Shown piece by piece: positions 39,001 through 45,500 of a stretch of DNA of 64,000 nt (its first letter is position 1; each line of letters starts with the position of its first letter). The position numbers were made by a program, and so were the translations under genes. Below the pieces are notes generated by a model. That model did no database searches, had not been told where the DNA came from, and saw nothing but the letters and a program-made list of their open reading frames with translations. The stretch is from Candidatus Obscuribacteraceae bacterium (lineage in GTDB: Bacteria; Cyanobacteriota; Vampirovibrionia; Obscuribacterales; Obscuribacteraceae), in NCBI GenBank assembly GCA_044226015.1, contig JBGAHS010000006.1, positions 32,001 to 96,000 on the forward strand. Reading direction: 5' to 3'.

Positions 39001-39392
39001 CTTGCGTTATGAGCTTGCATGATAATCGAAACGGTGACATCAAAGTCAGCAGTGGCAAGAACAGATTTACTCTGCGAACCAGTGAGGAATTGCTCGTGAG
39101 CCGAACTGGAGAGAGTTTTGACTCTGCACATGTGCTGCCGCAACTAGGAGTGAGAAACATCGTTTCACATCCGCTACCTGGTGGAAAGAGTGCATACTTG
39201 AGTGACTTCAGTTTGCCATCAGCTATCTGGCAACTTGACGCACTCAAGAAGCTTAAGAACTCGAACATCGCGTCAGAGCGTTCACTCTACGAGAAGATGA
39301 TGAAAAATGCTGCTGTAGTTTTGCAGTTAATGGCGAAAAAGGGAGCCTATCAGAATGCAAATGCTGTACTCGGCAAAAAGGCTAGCCTCTAG
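24096..39392 (+). CDS. Giant secreted glycine-rich repeat protein B, 5098 aa, paralog of A
   Basis: AGAGG RBS. Same signal peptide, N-domain, module order and C-terminal domain as gene A. Confidence 0.9.
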   Translation: MQMKSVWAVMACVGLAYSQVIAARAQQATPASDLNLGSTAKSVTAPANIPSVSIKVGGHNQVVTPGMSLTPAEAMALSQVISSGKQSLVIGANGNAVSGNLILQPTTSLTALTVPLGVSVVRDFAGSPSMNVLGNIVNSGSIFAVSTAPTVTNALISAANITNNPGALISSVLPAGGIPGFSGALNNLSLTLFANNSIVNHGSIASAGNLNLIAGGSIVNSSVGKTEAVMSALGSINLASSHIQNSGIINAIANVNIYQNATLSSQLANIVSDQIRSGLISSLGNLTVNNSLGSINAVSGNINVLTPGLLGETTELIGGAWNSKELNINAGCSNLIMAVDRATGTVNSVAGSGSVGAINGIHLGSTEFSGDPTFWTSSGNMTISSDQFFDEAITFLSAGDIIIDTSGGAVSISSRNAGTKGFDITMVAGAALSGGSAPVFPTPINLGDTVSLTGAGSGGSIKSTGANNAVIDSSSINGNGGSIFLGAYKTSTAGTGNIDLTKVSLNTGSGDAVAGNVTIVAPTVTTGTIQSVGVIGSPSIKITTANPSGTISASSTGAVTGSLSAGTVDSAGTIILTGTIDSVAGNVVLAAGSTGTNVDMSSGAGKIFVDGSATNLSGGFVSISGGNLQIGSISASGGQIPGTSNSAVQGGKGGTVTITASGSVSVSGLSQSFNVSGGAGSTGNQGVDGGKGGDGGTVTIKASTLNFSNMLISADGNDGGQGGSGIDGTLGAPGGAAGKGGDSGKGGTISITTTGAMTIGLLAASGSDGGDGGVGGSGSPVLGGAGAIGGSGGAGGAGGPSGTIILNGAGITLSNFVGADGGLGGLGGAGGAGGDGDTGGNAGAGGVGGNGGTSTGLTITSSVDINFPNTTTLSAGGGSGAAGGKGGDGGFAIIGAGGAGGLGAASGTGAGGGNITISASTNIVSSNTLTINASGGNSSSGGDGGTGRAGGSSTGNGGAGGNAGNSSAGGAGGNITLSSTKGTISSTGLGSFAFASFGGSSLNGGDGGVGGTASQGTNFSGGKGGSGGTGGAAGDGGKVSISANSFSATVFVNKLGFPLAVGADGGDAGSGGAASGALTSNGGASGNAGDAGSGGKGMSLSFAINNALTFGTGSIINLNAGNGGDGGLGAPGQVSAANGNGGNGGKGGAGSSGGDAQPLSLTVSTSIVDFNNAIIQLGGGNGGSAGLGGTGGLSNTGVGGIGGNAGLAGAGGKGASITLTAASFSALSSALLSTVGGNGGAGASGGQGGNSLSVAAVSGSSSAGGAGGAGGSIILTATNASTIPSLSSAGGSGSIGGVGADGASVSASAGSAGGAGGAGGAGAAAGSISVESKTSSLSLVGNLSAQGGTNGAGGNGGTGGSGASGGNGGNGGVAGAPGAGGSITIKANNNVTFSSTLTVSASANAGGNGLAIVAGAGNGGAGGIGATTTGGSGGSGGTSAAGATGGNISISSTSGSIVFNAQNVNIASNGSSAANAGNGGAGAVGASVSGSGGDGGVTAKGGTGGNITLSALKGNITSPGFGIFFNNFGGIGANGGAGGNGSSGNVGGSGGLGFVGGAGGDGGTLSLNALTINGGINLNQTNFPSFGLGGNGGNGGNGGNTSAGSPDTGGFASAGGDGGAGGKGVIISLNASNGININSSSVIRNLSGNGGTGGAGGIGGTGSASGGNAGSGGSGGAGGASRGLTLNSNGAINFNNSTLILAAGNGGNGGSGGVGAGGNLNSSGVAGGGGNGGNGGASAAVTISSKSSLSFLPTASLINSGGNGGNGGNGGATGVSAIALSAGVGGSAGAGGDGALITLSGSSVVLGAVSNFGGNGGNGATGGVSGLSTVSTGQTGGAGGNGGNGGIGGAVKVTSTGALSLAGSLLAEGGVAGSGGAGGAGGASSSNGGGAGGKGGGGGASGKGADLTLSAAGDVNLLTQLALSSSASRGSLNNGAGTAGSGGVAGAGGNAGGTASFGGSGGAGGNAGAGADSGKFSLTSSKGNIILQGDVTIYAGGSNAGSSGAGGAGGASASGNGGNGGNGGSTAVSAGLGGNITISSSTATLLSSGGGLAFFNFGGSGANGGNGGAGAAAGLNAGSNGGNGGAGASGGNASAGGTVSITVPTTNAWLSMNPTAVNFGRGGTGGNGGTAGDANGGATGNGGTGGSGGNAGLSAAGTSVSLIASKGITLSGASIIRVTGVSAGVSGGNGGAGGVGTPAGGDGGSGGSGGSGSGVASGSQNITLSSSSGSINLNDASLINFAPNAGNGGNGGTGRSTLNGSGGAGGNGGAGANANSTSYGSISITAGKDITMYSNASLFAGGGNGGAGGNGANSGNDAGLSPGSVGVAGGQGGAGGNGGVSGTVSIISTGGSINMNLDQSSSGAGSIQVSGGNGGANGSSGSGGSGTVLGGDGGNTLSSGNGAAPFSSATINTITLKASKTITLGSITSAGGNGGSAQASVGVGGNVGIASGVGGHGGNAGLAGAGGAGGKLSIIASGDIFPAANSPTINVGGGTGGLQGSGANGGFGGGGVSGTGTGGDGGDAGLGQDGGQGGSITIQSGGKLGTSSAYFLNLIANGGNGNPGAISVTGGNGKDGGLIAGAGGSLFSNLKNVTGQGGAGGTIIVTGKEISRVNISAIGGDGGSVNAAGGNGGAQTNTSALSVHGGDAGRVGTLGAGGAGGTVSVTATAGGLLSGALNVRGGNGGSAGNNTTGGTGGVGNVLGGSGGDMGVTGSGGAGGSVNVSVTTGTLDMNGQNITAVGGNSGTARGSGGTGGASLQGSGGQGGDAQGSGSGGSGGTVTLKSTTGAMVLYGINASGGSVSNSVAISGGTGGAATTTGTVGGTNFGGAGGNLGVLGDGGKGGQISISSTGGTGAIRVLNLINSDGGNAGSHTSVLPGAGGVDNDALGTAGATGSFTNGGTGGAAGSISINSGQNVILSNNISFTLLGGSGASLASAPVLAGGVGTVGGSGSDASSLHGGAGGAGGTFTLVATTKNFDLAGTISNNGGSGGSAPGGTAGGGNTGASSSLIGGNGGSGGVGGDGANAGTITINVNSLTGAGQINSLGSTNGSAGAGGVGGALPNSTGSSGNGGNAGNAGKAGNGGGVVINVKAASTLPTMNLNGGGLSTAPAGALAGAVLAGGTAGSGGNGGNAGTSGNGGTLTASSSSGVIYLSRSISANAGGTAIGGSGASGLVADIVGAAGNGGAGGSGGNGGSLTVSAVGGIVLQNTGNPLTANGGNGQTGGAGGNDGTAAFMPFATGGAAGLGGIGGNGGTISLSSSNGGLSSAVGAAFNATGGAGGAGGAGGAGGNSTASFGGAGAVGGKAGSGGAGGVVSLTFNKGTISSSNGLSNGLFAISTNVSGGQGGLGGTGAGGGTGVLSSGNSGAGGDGGAGGAGGAGGSLLISANAINLFTGSTIGGGNGGNGGTPGFGAVLSPSAGFADGSSGGNGGSGGVGGAAGSAKISATVQLTMSYNSTINGNGGSGGNGANGGGSTSSGTSGTGGTGGSGGNGGAGGNGASSIELTVSKGNLDLGSSSTFGSATINAVGGGSGFAGGGANGASGTAGGGKGGNVGSIFAAGSGGSIKLTASGTVTVAALSAAGGNAGIANAVAGAGGKATGIVGLGNGGDGGNGGITGAAGNGGSILISSSSSNIAVSQNSFNPTISVNGGISQNNLSFAGGAGGDSSSVTTSVGGSAGAGAVGGKGGSGGALTISAVKGNLVGPFTFSAQGSSGTSGTGNGGAGGNGYLTGGAGGTGNSAGNGGDGGTVSITSLGVSQLSINASGGSGGTMQGSGGAGGKQTGSPTSGGAGGIGGAVGASGTGGKGGSISVSVGAKGLTLLSGGSLSATGGAGGSLTGSGGNGGSAIDGAGGGGGDAGTIGAGGDGGSITVSANGTGSIDLSPIAVTARGGNSGTAVVNGGNGGSSVNGAGGSGGNSPIYLSNSGSGGSGGKGGSISLNTVTGKITVNSLVADGGILIGLASGNAGNGGAGATSGGAGGSVGNFGTAGQGGNILLNSSGTATTGGAITVQGAVSASGGSAGGINFASGSGGNGSSGGAAGTFANLPGGASASSSSTSPAIKLLTAGPISLSAAASLNADGGSGGSSNVSVGNAGNSSGTLGVAGGNAALFAGSGGTGGLISISSKSAFSTNGSISAVGGNAGAGGSGGAGGTAATVAGLGGQGGSGTTGGAGGAGGSVTVSALSISDYRNLNNIGISTSGGSASNGGNGGQGGSGEIGGAGGAAGNGGSGGSAGQIILLSTGTKTSGFINFTNNFFVTAAGATGASGGIGGAGGDGSKLAGIGGNGGSGGAGGAGATGSLPGTSGISVTSTGAITISAQFSASGANGGSAGKGASGGNVTSAAVSTAVAGAGGNSGSAGAGGNAGSISFSSSQSNISTYARSGLVLSATGGNAGNGANAGNGGSVTDLVLGTSGIGGAGGFAGAAASGGKGGTISLSAPLGTISSGTSGNALLNASGGSATNNGYGGGNGGTGALVGGSGADSSAAASANGGDGGTVSISALTPSLSVLNMPGITANGGNGSRGAVGGLGANGTSATAGGGAGGSGGNGGSGGKGGAISIAISTGQLTFSPGATLSATGGAGGGSGNGSNAGSAGASSTSTADGGNSGNAGSGGQGGSIGISSTTGSLSLPLLSVTGGNGADSSAAGAGNNGGKGGNAGASANGGNAGAIQLTSTAGSISFSALATGGVAGSNAAGANGGSSNSIAAGNGGNGSAGGAGGNGGTVTVSTGKNTITINSLDISGGFGSAGGVGGNGGISASAQSGNGGNGGNGGIGGSAGKSTITSATQISLLALPSAKGGSGGVGANGGNGGVGVLPGNNGVGGSGANGGNGGNITLTAPSVLPPAVSIPSTQVSGGTGGTGPSGNGSAGTNGSITLLDDGDSDLNSQRNSKPKIAESQSSDAQGSQQHEVYKPVAFVQNVLRFAQQDLQASNILLAPSKRAASVKCGDLLITVAKGAAAFVLDNGENTCVMSLHDNRNGDIKVSSGKNRFTLRTSEELLVSRTGESFDSAHVLPQLGVRNIVSHPLPGGKSAYLSDFSLPSAIWQLDALKKLKNSNIASERSLYEKMMKNAAVVLQLMAKKGAYQNANAVLGKKASL

Positions 39393-39433
39393 TTCATTCT
39401 CTAAGCGCTAAGCTGCGAGGACATTGCATCAAG

Positions 39434-39463
39434 AAACGCGGGTATTTCGATATCCGCGTTTTG
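39434..39463 (+). terminator. Rho-independent terminator
   Basis: AAACGCGGGTAT-TTCG-ATATCCGCGTTT followed by T-rich sequence, after gene B. Confidence 0.8.
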
Positions 39464-39528
39464 CTTTTCCATTCCACGAAAATTCGACAAATTGGCCACA
39501 TAATAATGAAAGGTTGGATGGACTGCAA

Positions 39529-40932
39529 ATGACTGAAAAATCTTATCGCCCCGAAGAGGAGTCGAAGGCAGACTCAGCTTCGACCACTGAATTGCAAAGC
39601 CGTGAGCAGTTGACGAGGGAGGCTTACAGTTCTCCCCCTTCAGTAAGTGAAAGAGACCGCTCGCATGAGAATAGTGCGGAGTTTCTTCCAAACCTGTCTA
39701 TCGATAACTCCGGGTCTGCGCCCGAGACTCTTTCCGACTCTGCCAGTCCTGAAAAAAGAAGAGATTGGCTCCAAAACAGCGCCCATCGACAAGATATCAA
39801 CCTGAAAGAAATCTGGAGCCCAGACTCGAAGGTGCTTGCGATTGGAGATATGCACGAAATGCTGAGCATAAAGAAGTGGACTGCTGATCACTTCAAGGAG
39901 CTGGCCGGAGAAGTTCACAAAGCAACTGCTTTCGCTATGGAGTTTTTGCCGAAAGATTCTCAAAAGATGCTTGATGATTATGCTCAAATTCGTCGCAGCG
40001 GACCTGCAGATCAGATTCCTGCTGCAAGAGAGAAAATTGCAGAGATGATTGCTTCGCATCAGCGTGGGCCAAACGAAAAGACTGACCCTGGAAAAGAGGA
40101 AGCGCTGCAATCTCAAATTAGTATGGTAGATGCTGCAATTGATGCCGGACTAAAGCCACTCGGAATTGAACCAAACGTACCTGGTATGTGGGTTGAAGGA
40201 ACTGGCTTTGATTTGATGAGCTCGGGAATAAGTAAGCTGCCTCAAGATGCACAGGCTTCGTTTGATGGTTTTACTAAACCGGGCAAAACGCAGGGAGAGT
40301 ATGATGAGTCCAGGCAAGTGCTTATGAATGCACTGCAAGGAAGTATGAGCCCTGAGGAATCCTCTCGCTGGATGTCGCTAGTTGAAAGTGCCAGAGATGG
40401 CGGAATGAATTTTGCTGGATTGAAGGTGGGTTCGTCCGACATGGCTAACGAGAACCTAATCGGCGAGCATCAACAAGATTGGCGTAACCGAATCTGGGCT
40501 TCAGCTGTCGCGGAACACCTTGATGGAGGCGGAAGAGTCGTGATGTTTGCTGGAGCCGCGCACTTCAAGCATGGCAAACTTGATACGCCACTGGGAAATC
40601 TTAATTCAGTGAATGAAAACTTTAGCAAACTCGGACATTCAAGCACTGTCGTTCAATTCGCTGGTGGTGATTATGTAAGCTCTGGAAGCCAGGCTAGTGA
40701 CAGAAGAAATCTATATTCTCAATACTGGGAAACTCATAAGCAGTTTGGAGTTAAACAGAGTGAAACTGGTGAATGTCCGGAAATACCAGATAGAGCAAAA
40801 TTCGATTCAATGCGTTGGACAGATGCGGCTAAAAGCGCTGGTATTCAGGGGCGAGACTTTGCTGTAAAGGTTACGCCGAGAGGTGCTCGCCAAACAGACT
40901 GGCTTATTCACTTGAAGCAGGTCTCTCAATGA
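39529..40932 (+). CDS. EreA/ChaN/TIKI-like fold protein with a disordered N-terminus, about 467 aa
   Basis: Motifs VLAIGDMHE, FAMEF, RNRIWASAV and VMFAGAAH match the GxxH/E/RN/GxxH pattern of this superfamily. Start moved to the ATG at 39529 because the longer ORF overlaps the upstream terminator. Confidence 0.7.
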   Translation: MTEKSYRPEEESKADSASTTELQSREQLTREAYSSPPSVSERDRSHENSAEFLPNLSIDNSGSAPETLSDSASPEKRRDWLQNSAHRQDINLKEIWSPDSKVLAIGDMHEMLSIKKWTADHFKELAGEVHKATAFAMEFLPKDSQKMLDDYAQIRRSGPADQIPAAREKIAEMIASHQRGPNEKTDPGKEEALQSQISMVDAAIDAGLKPLGIEPNVPGMWVEGTGFDLMSSGISKLPQDAQASFDGFTKPGKTQGEYDESRQVLMNALQGSMSPEESSRWMSLVESARDGGMNFAGLKVGSSDMANENLIGEHQQDWRNRIWASAVAEHLDGGGRVVMFAGAAHFKHGKLDTPLGNLNSVNENFSKLGHSSTVVQFAGGDYVSSGSQASDRRNLYSQYWETHKQFGVKQSETGECPEIPDRAKFDSMRWTDAAKSAGIQGRDFAVKVTPRGARQTDWLIHLKQVSQ

Positions 40933-41019
40933 GAATGAAAGAAAATGTCATTTCGATAGTAAACATTTTCGATTTGACCTGCTCACGAAATTGTATTTTT
41001 TCTGAATAAAAGAACAAGA

Positions 41020-41050
41020 TAGGGCTGTCAGGATTTTCCTGGCAGCCCTA
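41020..41050. terminator. Stem-loop between convergent genes
   Basis: TAGGGCTGTCAGG-ATTTT-CCTGGCAGCCCTA inverted repeat. Confidence 0.7.
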
Positions 41051-41101
41051 ATTACTCATTTTCAAGCTCAAGGTCGCCACTAAACAGTAAGTTACTGCCT
41101 T

Positions 41102-42073
41102 TTATGTGGCACCATATTGAACGCGATCAACTTGAATTGGTGCATCAAGTAATAACTTTATTGGAGTTCCAGATTGAATCACAACATCATGACCACGACG
41201 CAGTAGCAAGCTATCCGCCAAGCCGACGCCACCGCCTATGGCGGCACCAGACCAAGCTCCTCTTCCTGCACCTCTAGCCGCACCACTTCGGTTGGTGTAG
41301 TAGTTGACTGGCATCAACTGACTTCCCATACCAGGATATCCCATATTTGGATAGCCCATACCCATGCCAGGATATCCCATGCCAGGATATCCCATGTTTG
41401 GATAACCGACAGGAACAATAGCGGTTCGCAACTGAGGTTGAGGATTTCCCTTCCCCGCAATTGCACCGACTGCGGTGCCAAGAGCTGCACCTGCACCAGC
41501 GCCGATGGCGGATCGGACTAAAGCTTGTCCGACTTTAGTTCCAACGGTCTCACCATGCACGGTGCTGCTTCCCTCTGCCAGTTTATACTTGCCGATATTT
41601 CCGCTAATGTGTGCAGCCATTGGCAGTGACATTCCGCCCGGTGTTCTTAGATGATCGAATTTGACAGTCAATTCGCCGGATCGTCCGAGGAAACCTCCGG
41701 ACTTGGCGTTTTCGACATGTCCCTCAAGTACAGTGCCTGCAGGAATCTGACCATTGGCGGTAACTATTGCGTCGCTCAAAGTGGCCTGAACTAGATCACC
41801 GGCTTTGGCAGCCTGCGTGGAAATAGACGTTTGAAGTGAGGCTGATAACATCATGCCGGCTGGCACGTAGCATTGAGTTAATTGCGGAACCGGAGATGGT
41901 GAAGTGTAATTATTGCTTGGCGGGAGATAGGAGCTGCCGCCTGCAGGTGGACTATAAGTAGTGGATGGTGGAATGTAGGAGCTGCCACCGCTATAGGACT
42001 GCGCTAGCGCTGAGGCAGGCATCAATAAGGCTGTTGCAGCCAACAACACAAAAGGAATAGGATTAGAGTTCAT
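41102..42073 (-). CDS. Secreted protein with a TrbI/VirB10-like beta domain and a glycine zipper, 323 aa
   Basis: Signal peptide (ALA-QS). LQTSISTQAAKAGDLVQATL...IPAGTVLEGHV...GELTVKFD pattern. GAGAGAALGTAVGAIAG and GAAIGGGVG zipper halves flank GYP(N/G)M repeats. Confidence 0.75.
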   Translation of the reverse strand: MNSNPIPFVLLAATALLMPASALAQSYSGGSSYIPPSTTYSPPAGGSSYLPPSNNYTSPSPVPQLTQCYVPAGMMLSASLQTSISTQAAKAGDLVQATLSDAIVTANGQIPAGTVLEGHVENAKSGGFLGRSGELTVKFDHLRTPGGMSLPMAAHISGNIGKYKLAEGSSTVHGETVGTKVGQALVRSAIGAGAGAALGTAVGAIAGKGNPQPQLRTAIVPVGYPNMGYPGMGYPGMGMGYPNMGYPGMGSQLMPVNYYTNRSGAARGAGRGAWSGAAIGGGVGLADSLLLRRGHDVVIQSGTPIKLLLDAPIQVDRVQYGAT

Positions 42074-42582
42074 ACGCGCCTCATTCTTGTCTGAGAACTA
42101 ACAACTGTTCTGACTGACGAAGAGCAACAAAAAGTGTTTCATCGAAAATGCTTGTTTAACTGCTAGTTAACAAGATTGTTTTCAAGGGAATGTCACTCTC
42201 AAAGATGCTGGGAACATTTTGAGTGATCATGGAAAACAGCCTGTGCTGCTGATTTCGCTGGTAGCATATCTACTAAATTCGCTCTGCGCTTAAAAAGATG
42301 AAGACTATCGTATCTAAAAATGCTCTAGAGTTTGACAGCATAGCTTTGAGAATTTATACGCGAAAAAGTGTATAAGCGCCATTCCTGAAAAATTAGATTT
42401 GGGCTTGGTGCTACTGTCACTATGACCAGTCATAGACGAAACTGTTGGCAGTAAATCGTTTCGAGGAAATTCGAAGTAGTCTGTAAAAGTGCCAGGGTTC
42501 AAAAATACCACAATTGAAAAATATACTTTGATGTATCCGATCGTTGATGAGGCTGGCTCAAACACACGAAAAGGTATAAAAG

Positions 42583-45500
42583 ATGGCAGAAATAGAGAGA
42601 CTAGCAAAGGACGATGAAGAGAAAAAAGCTAACCAAGCCTCTTCTGATCTCAACTCTCAATACGATTTCAGCAGGTTCAGCTCGGAGAATGGCGGCTTAC
42701 CTTTTGGCAGCTCCCGAGTAGACAGAGTAGCTGATTCATTGCCTTCTTTAAATATAGATTCAGCGGCGATAAATAAACAATCGGCAGAGCACTGGAGTTT
42801 CAACAATAGCTCAGAGATGTTAGATCGCATTTTAAGTGGTTCGTCTTTGTTTACTCATGAAAATGGCTCCAAGAAGAGCGCTGAGCGTGTTCCGAGCGAT
42901 AGAACAGGCGCTGTTGAAGACGGTAAAATTCCTAGCAAAGTAATTCTTATAAATACTGATAATCGGTCGAATTCCAAATCAGCGAATGATGCAAAACCAT
43001 CTGAAGCAGGCAAGGATTCAAGCGTCCCTAAGTCAGATGCCGGCGATTCAAAAAATGACAGTGCAGAGAAGAAAGGACCAGTTAAGCTTCCCCAAGAAAA
43101 ATTCGATACCCAAGACATCAAAAAGGCCTTTCAAATAGCCAAAGAAAACAATCTTCCCGTCATAGTATACAAGGGAGCAAATTTCTGCGGAAACTGTCCA
43201 CCAGTCAGTCACGCCATCGACAAACTAGCTGACGACATCAAAAAATCACCAAATACCGAAGCTGTTGTTTTGAAACTTAATTGGGAAAAAGCGCAGGAGA
43301 TTAGCAAGAAGGATCCTGAATTAGGAAAGCTCATTGAAGAGATAATGCCGCTTAGCGGAAGTTCCTTCCCCGATGTGAAAGTGTATAACCCGAATGACAC
43401 CACGAAGCCACTAAAAGATTCCAATCGTTATGGAGGAGACGCTGAATTCCTGAAGAGCCTTATAAAGGTAGGGCAGGATTCGTTTGCTCAAGCTCAAGCT
43501 GAAAAGCCGAAAGAAAAGTCTAATGACTCAAAGCCGGAACCAGGTATCAGAGGCAACTCAGACACTAAAGTTGAACCAAAACCAATCTGGACCAAGCCTT
43601 CAGATAGCAGCACGAATGTTTTTCCTAAGCCGGTCATAGATGGACTCACTGATAGAAGTTCTGTCTCAAGATCCTCCGACACGCAGCACCAGGGACCTTC
43701 AAGTCTTCCCGACCTGTCCTTGAGCACCGTCGACAGCAAAGCTGTAAAACTTGATGATGGAACTTATAAGCGTGACGACCAGGGTCGTGTGACGGAAACG
43801 ATTTCTGCCGATGGTAAAACGAAACGTTCATTTAAATATGAGGATGCTGCTAATCCAAATCGAATTACCTCTGAAACCATAAACGACAAAACCACCTACA
43901 AATTCATTGGAACTTGCAAGGTCAATAATCAGCCTCACAAAATTGATGGAAAAGAAGATAACAGCTACTCCATATATGAAGATGGCAAACTAGTCGGAAA
44001 CTGGTCCGGAGTTCGCGATATCAGTCCAAATGGTGTTTACGCCTTCAAGGACGATAAGATGCAGAACATCGAATATCGCGATGCTTCTGGTCAAAAGTTG
44101 AGTGATGAAGAGCGGCAGCATAGAGATCAGGGAGGAATTTGGCCCAGCGAATTCCAAGTTGCTACCGACAATGGCAGCAAGCTTCACGCTAAGTTGAACG
44201 GAAATCGTTTGGAATCTCTAACTGAGACAAAGAGTGAAAACGGTCAAGAAAAGCAAATTGCATGGAGCCGCAAAGGAGATTTGTGGACTTCCAATGAAAG
44301 TCCAGCTAGAGAGCGTAAGAATCTCACCGTTGATAAGCAAGGTAATATTCGCTACGACTCTGTTGATGGTGCAATTAAGCATGAGCTACTAAGAGACGGA
44401 AATAGAACAGAAACAAATCGGGACGGCATTCGTACTACGTTCAATAAATCTGAGCAGCTCTCTGAAGTTCGTCAGGCGAATGGTGATACTAAAACACTCA
44501 ATTATGACGGAACATCTCTAGTCTCTATCAACGAGAAAATTGCTGGAACTGAGAAGCAGTGGAAGCGAACTGCTGGAACTGATGATTGGTCTGATGGTCA
44601 AAAGACTGAAACAAGGAGAGACATCGAGACCAGACCCGATGGTTCCATCAGATACAAGAATGCTGACGGACAGGCAGTAACTGAGGCAAGTGACCAGGCT
44701 CGTATTACATCAGATGATCAGAACCGCCCCATAAAGGTTGAGTATCCCAGTGGCAGCACAAGAAGCTTCGACTACACAAATGGACAATTGAATTCGTTTA
44801 CAGACAAATTGATTGTCGCTGGTAAGGAGCAAACTAGCACTTGGACCAGAAATGGTGCTACAGGTGAGTTCACCAGTCCTGGTGCCAATGGGACTACGAA
44901 ATCTCGCAGTGACATCAATGTAAGTGCAAATGGTGATTATTCCTATAAGAGCTCTGATGGAAAGGATCACAAAAACCGTGCCTATGATCTGGAACGCCAG
45001 GCTCGTGGCGAAATAATTGTCGGCTCAGAATCTGTTCAAGAAGCAAGGGACAATTTCATCGAACTTGCAAGAGAACGGGGCTTAAAGGCTGAACGATACG
45101 AAAAATACTTGAATCAGCTCGATGCAACATCCAAAAATTATGGAAGCACTCCAGCACAGATCGGCAAAGCATTAGACAGCCTGTCTTCGATTCTCGAAGC
45201 CGACAAAGGTAAGTATCATTCGCGTGCCGAACTAGACAATCTTGTAGAAACTGCTTTGCACAACATCGCTTACCCAGCTGATATTGATCAAGGTTACCAT
45301 CCAACCTGCAATGTAACTACAACTGAAATTTTTGCTGCTGCCAAACATCCAGATAAGTATGCTGAGCTCTTAAAACAAGTTGCGCTGACTGGCGAGTATA
45401 TGACCTCTTTGGGCAAGGCAGTACATCCTCCAGAAAATGCTCTTAAGCCAGGGCGTGACGAGAAGAATTACAATCCAGACGAAACAAACCCTCAAATCAA

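Noticed and set aside
8893..39268. Dozens of Pro-rich minus-strand ORFs
   Set aside because: Reverse-complement shadows of Gly codons (GGN gives NCC) in the giant genes.
8468..39392. PE-PGRS, autotransporter, RTX or TpsA annotation for the giant proteins
   Set aside because: No PE domain, no terminal beta-barrel or aromatic end, no regular GGxGxDxL nonapeptides, and no NPNG TPS motif. The similarity is compositional only.
8468..39392. Assembly duplication or diversity-generating retroelement explaining the two paralogs
   Set aside because: The copies are diverged throughout at all base types, there is no adenine-specific TR/VR pair, and there is no reverse transcriptase in the window.
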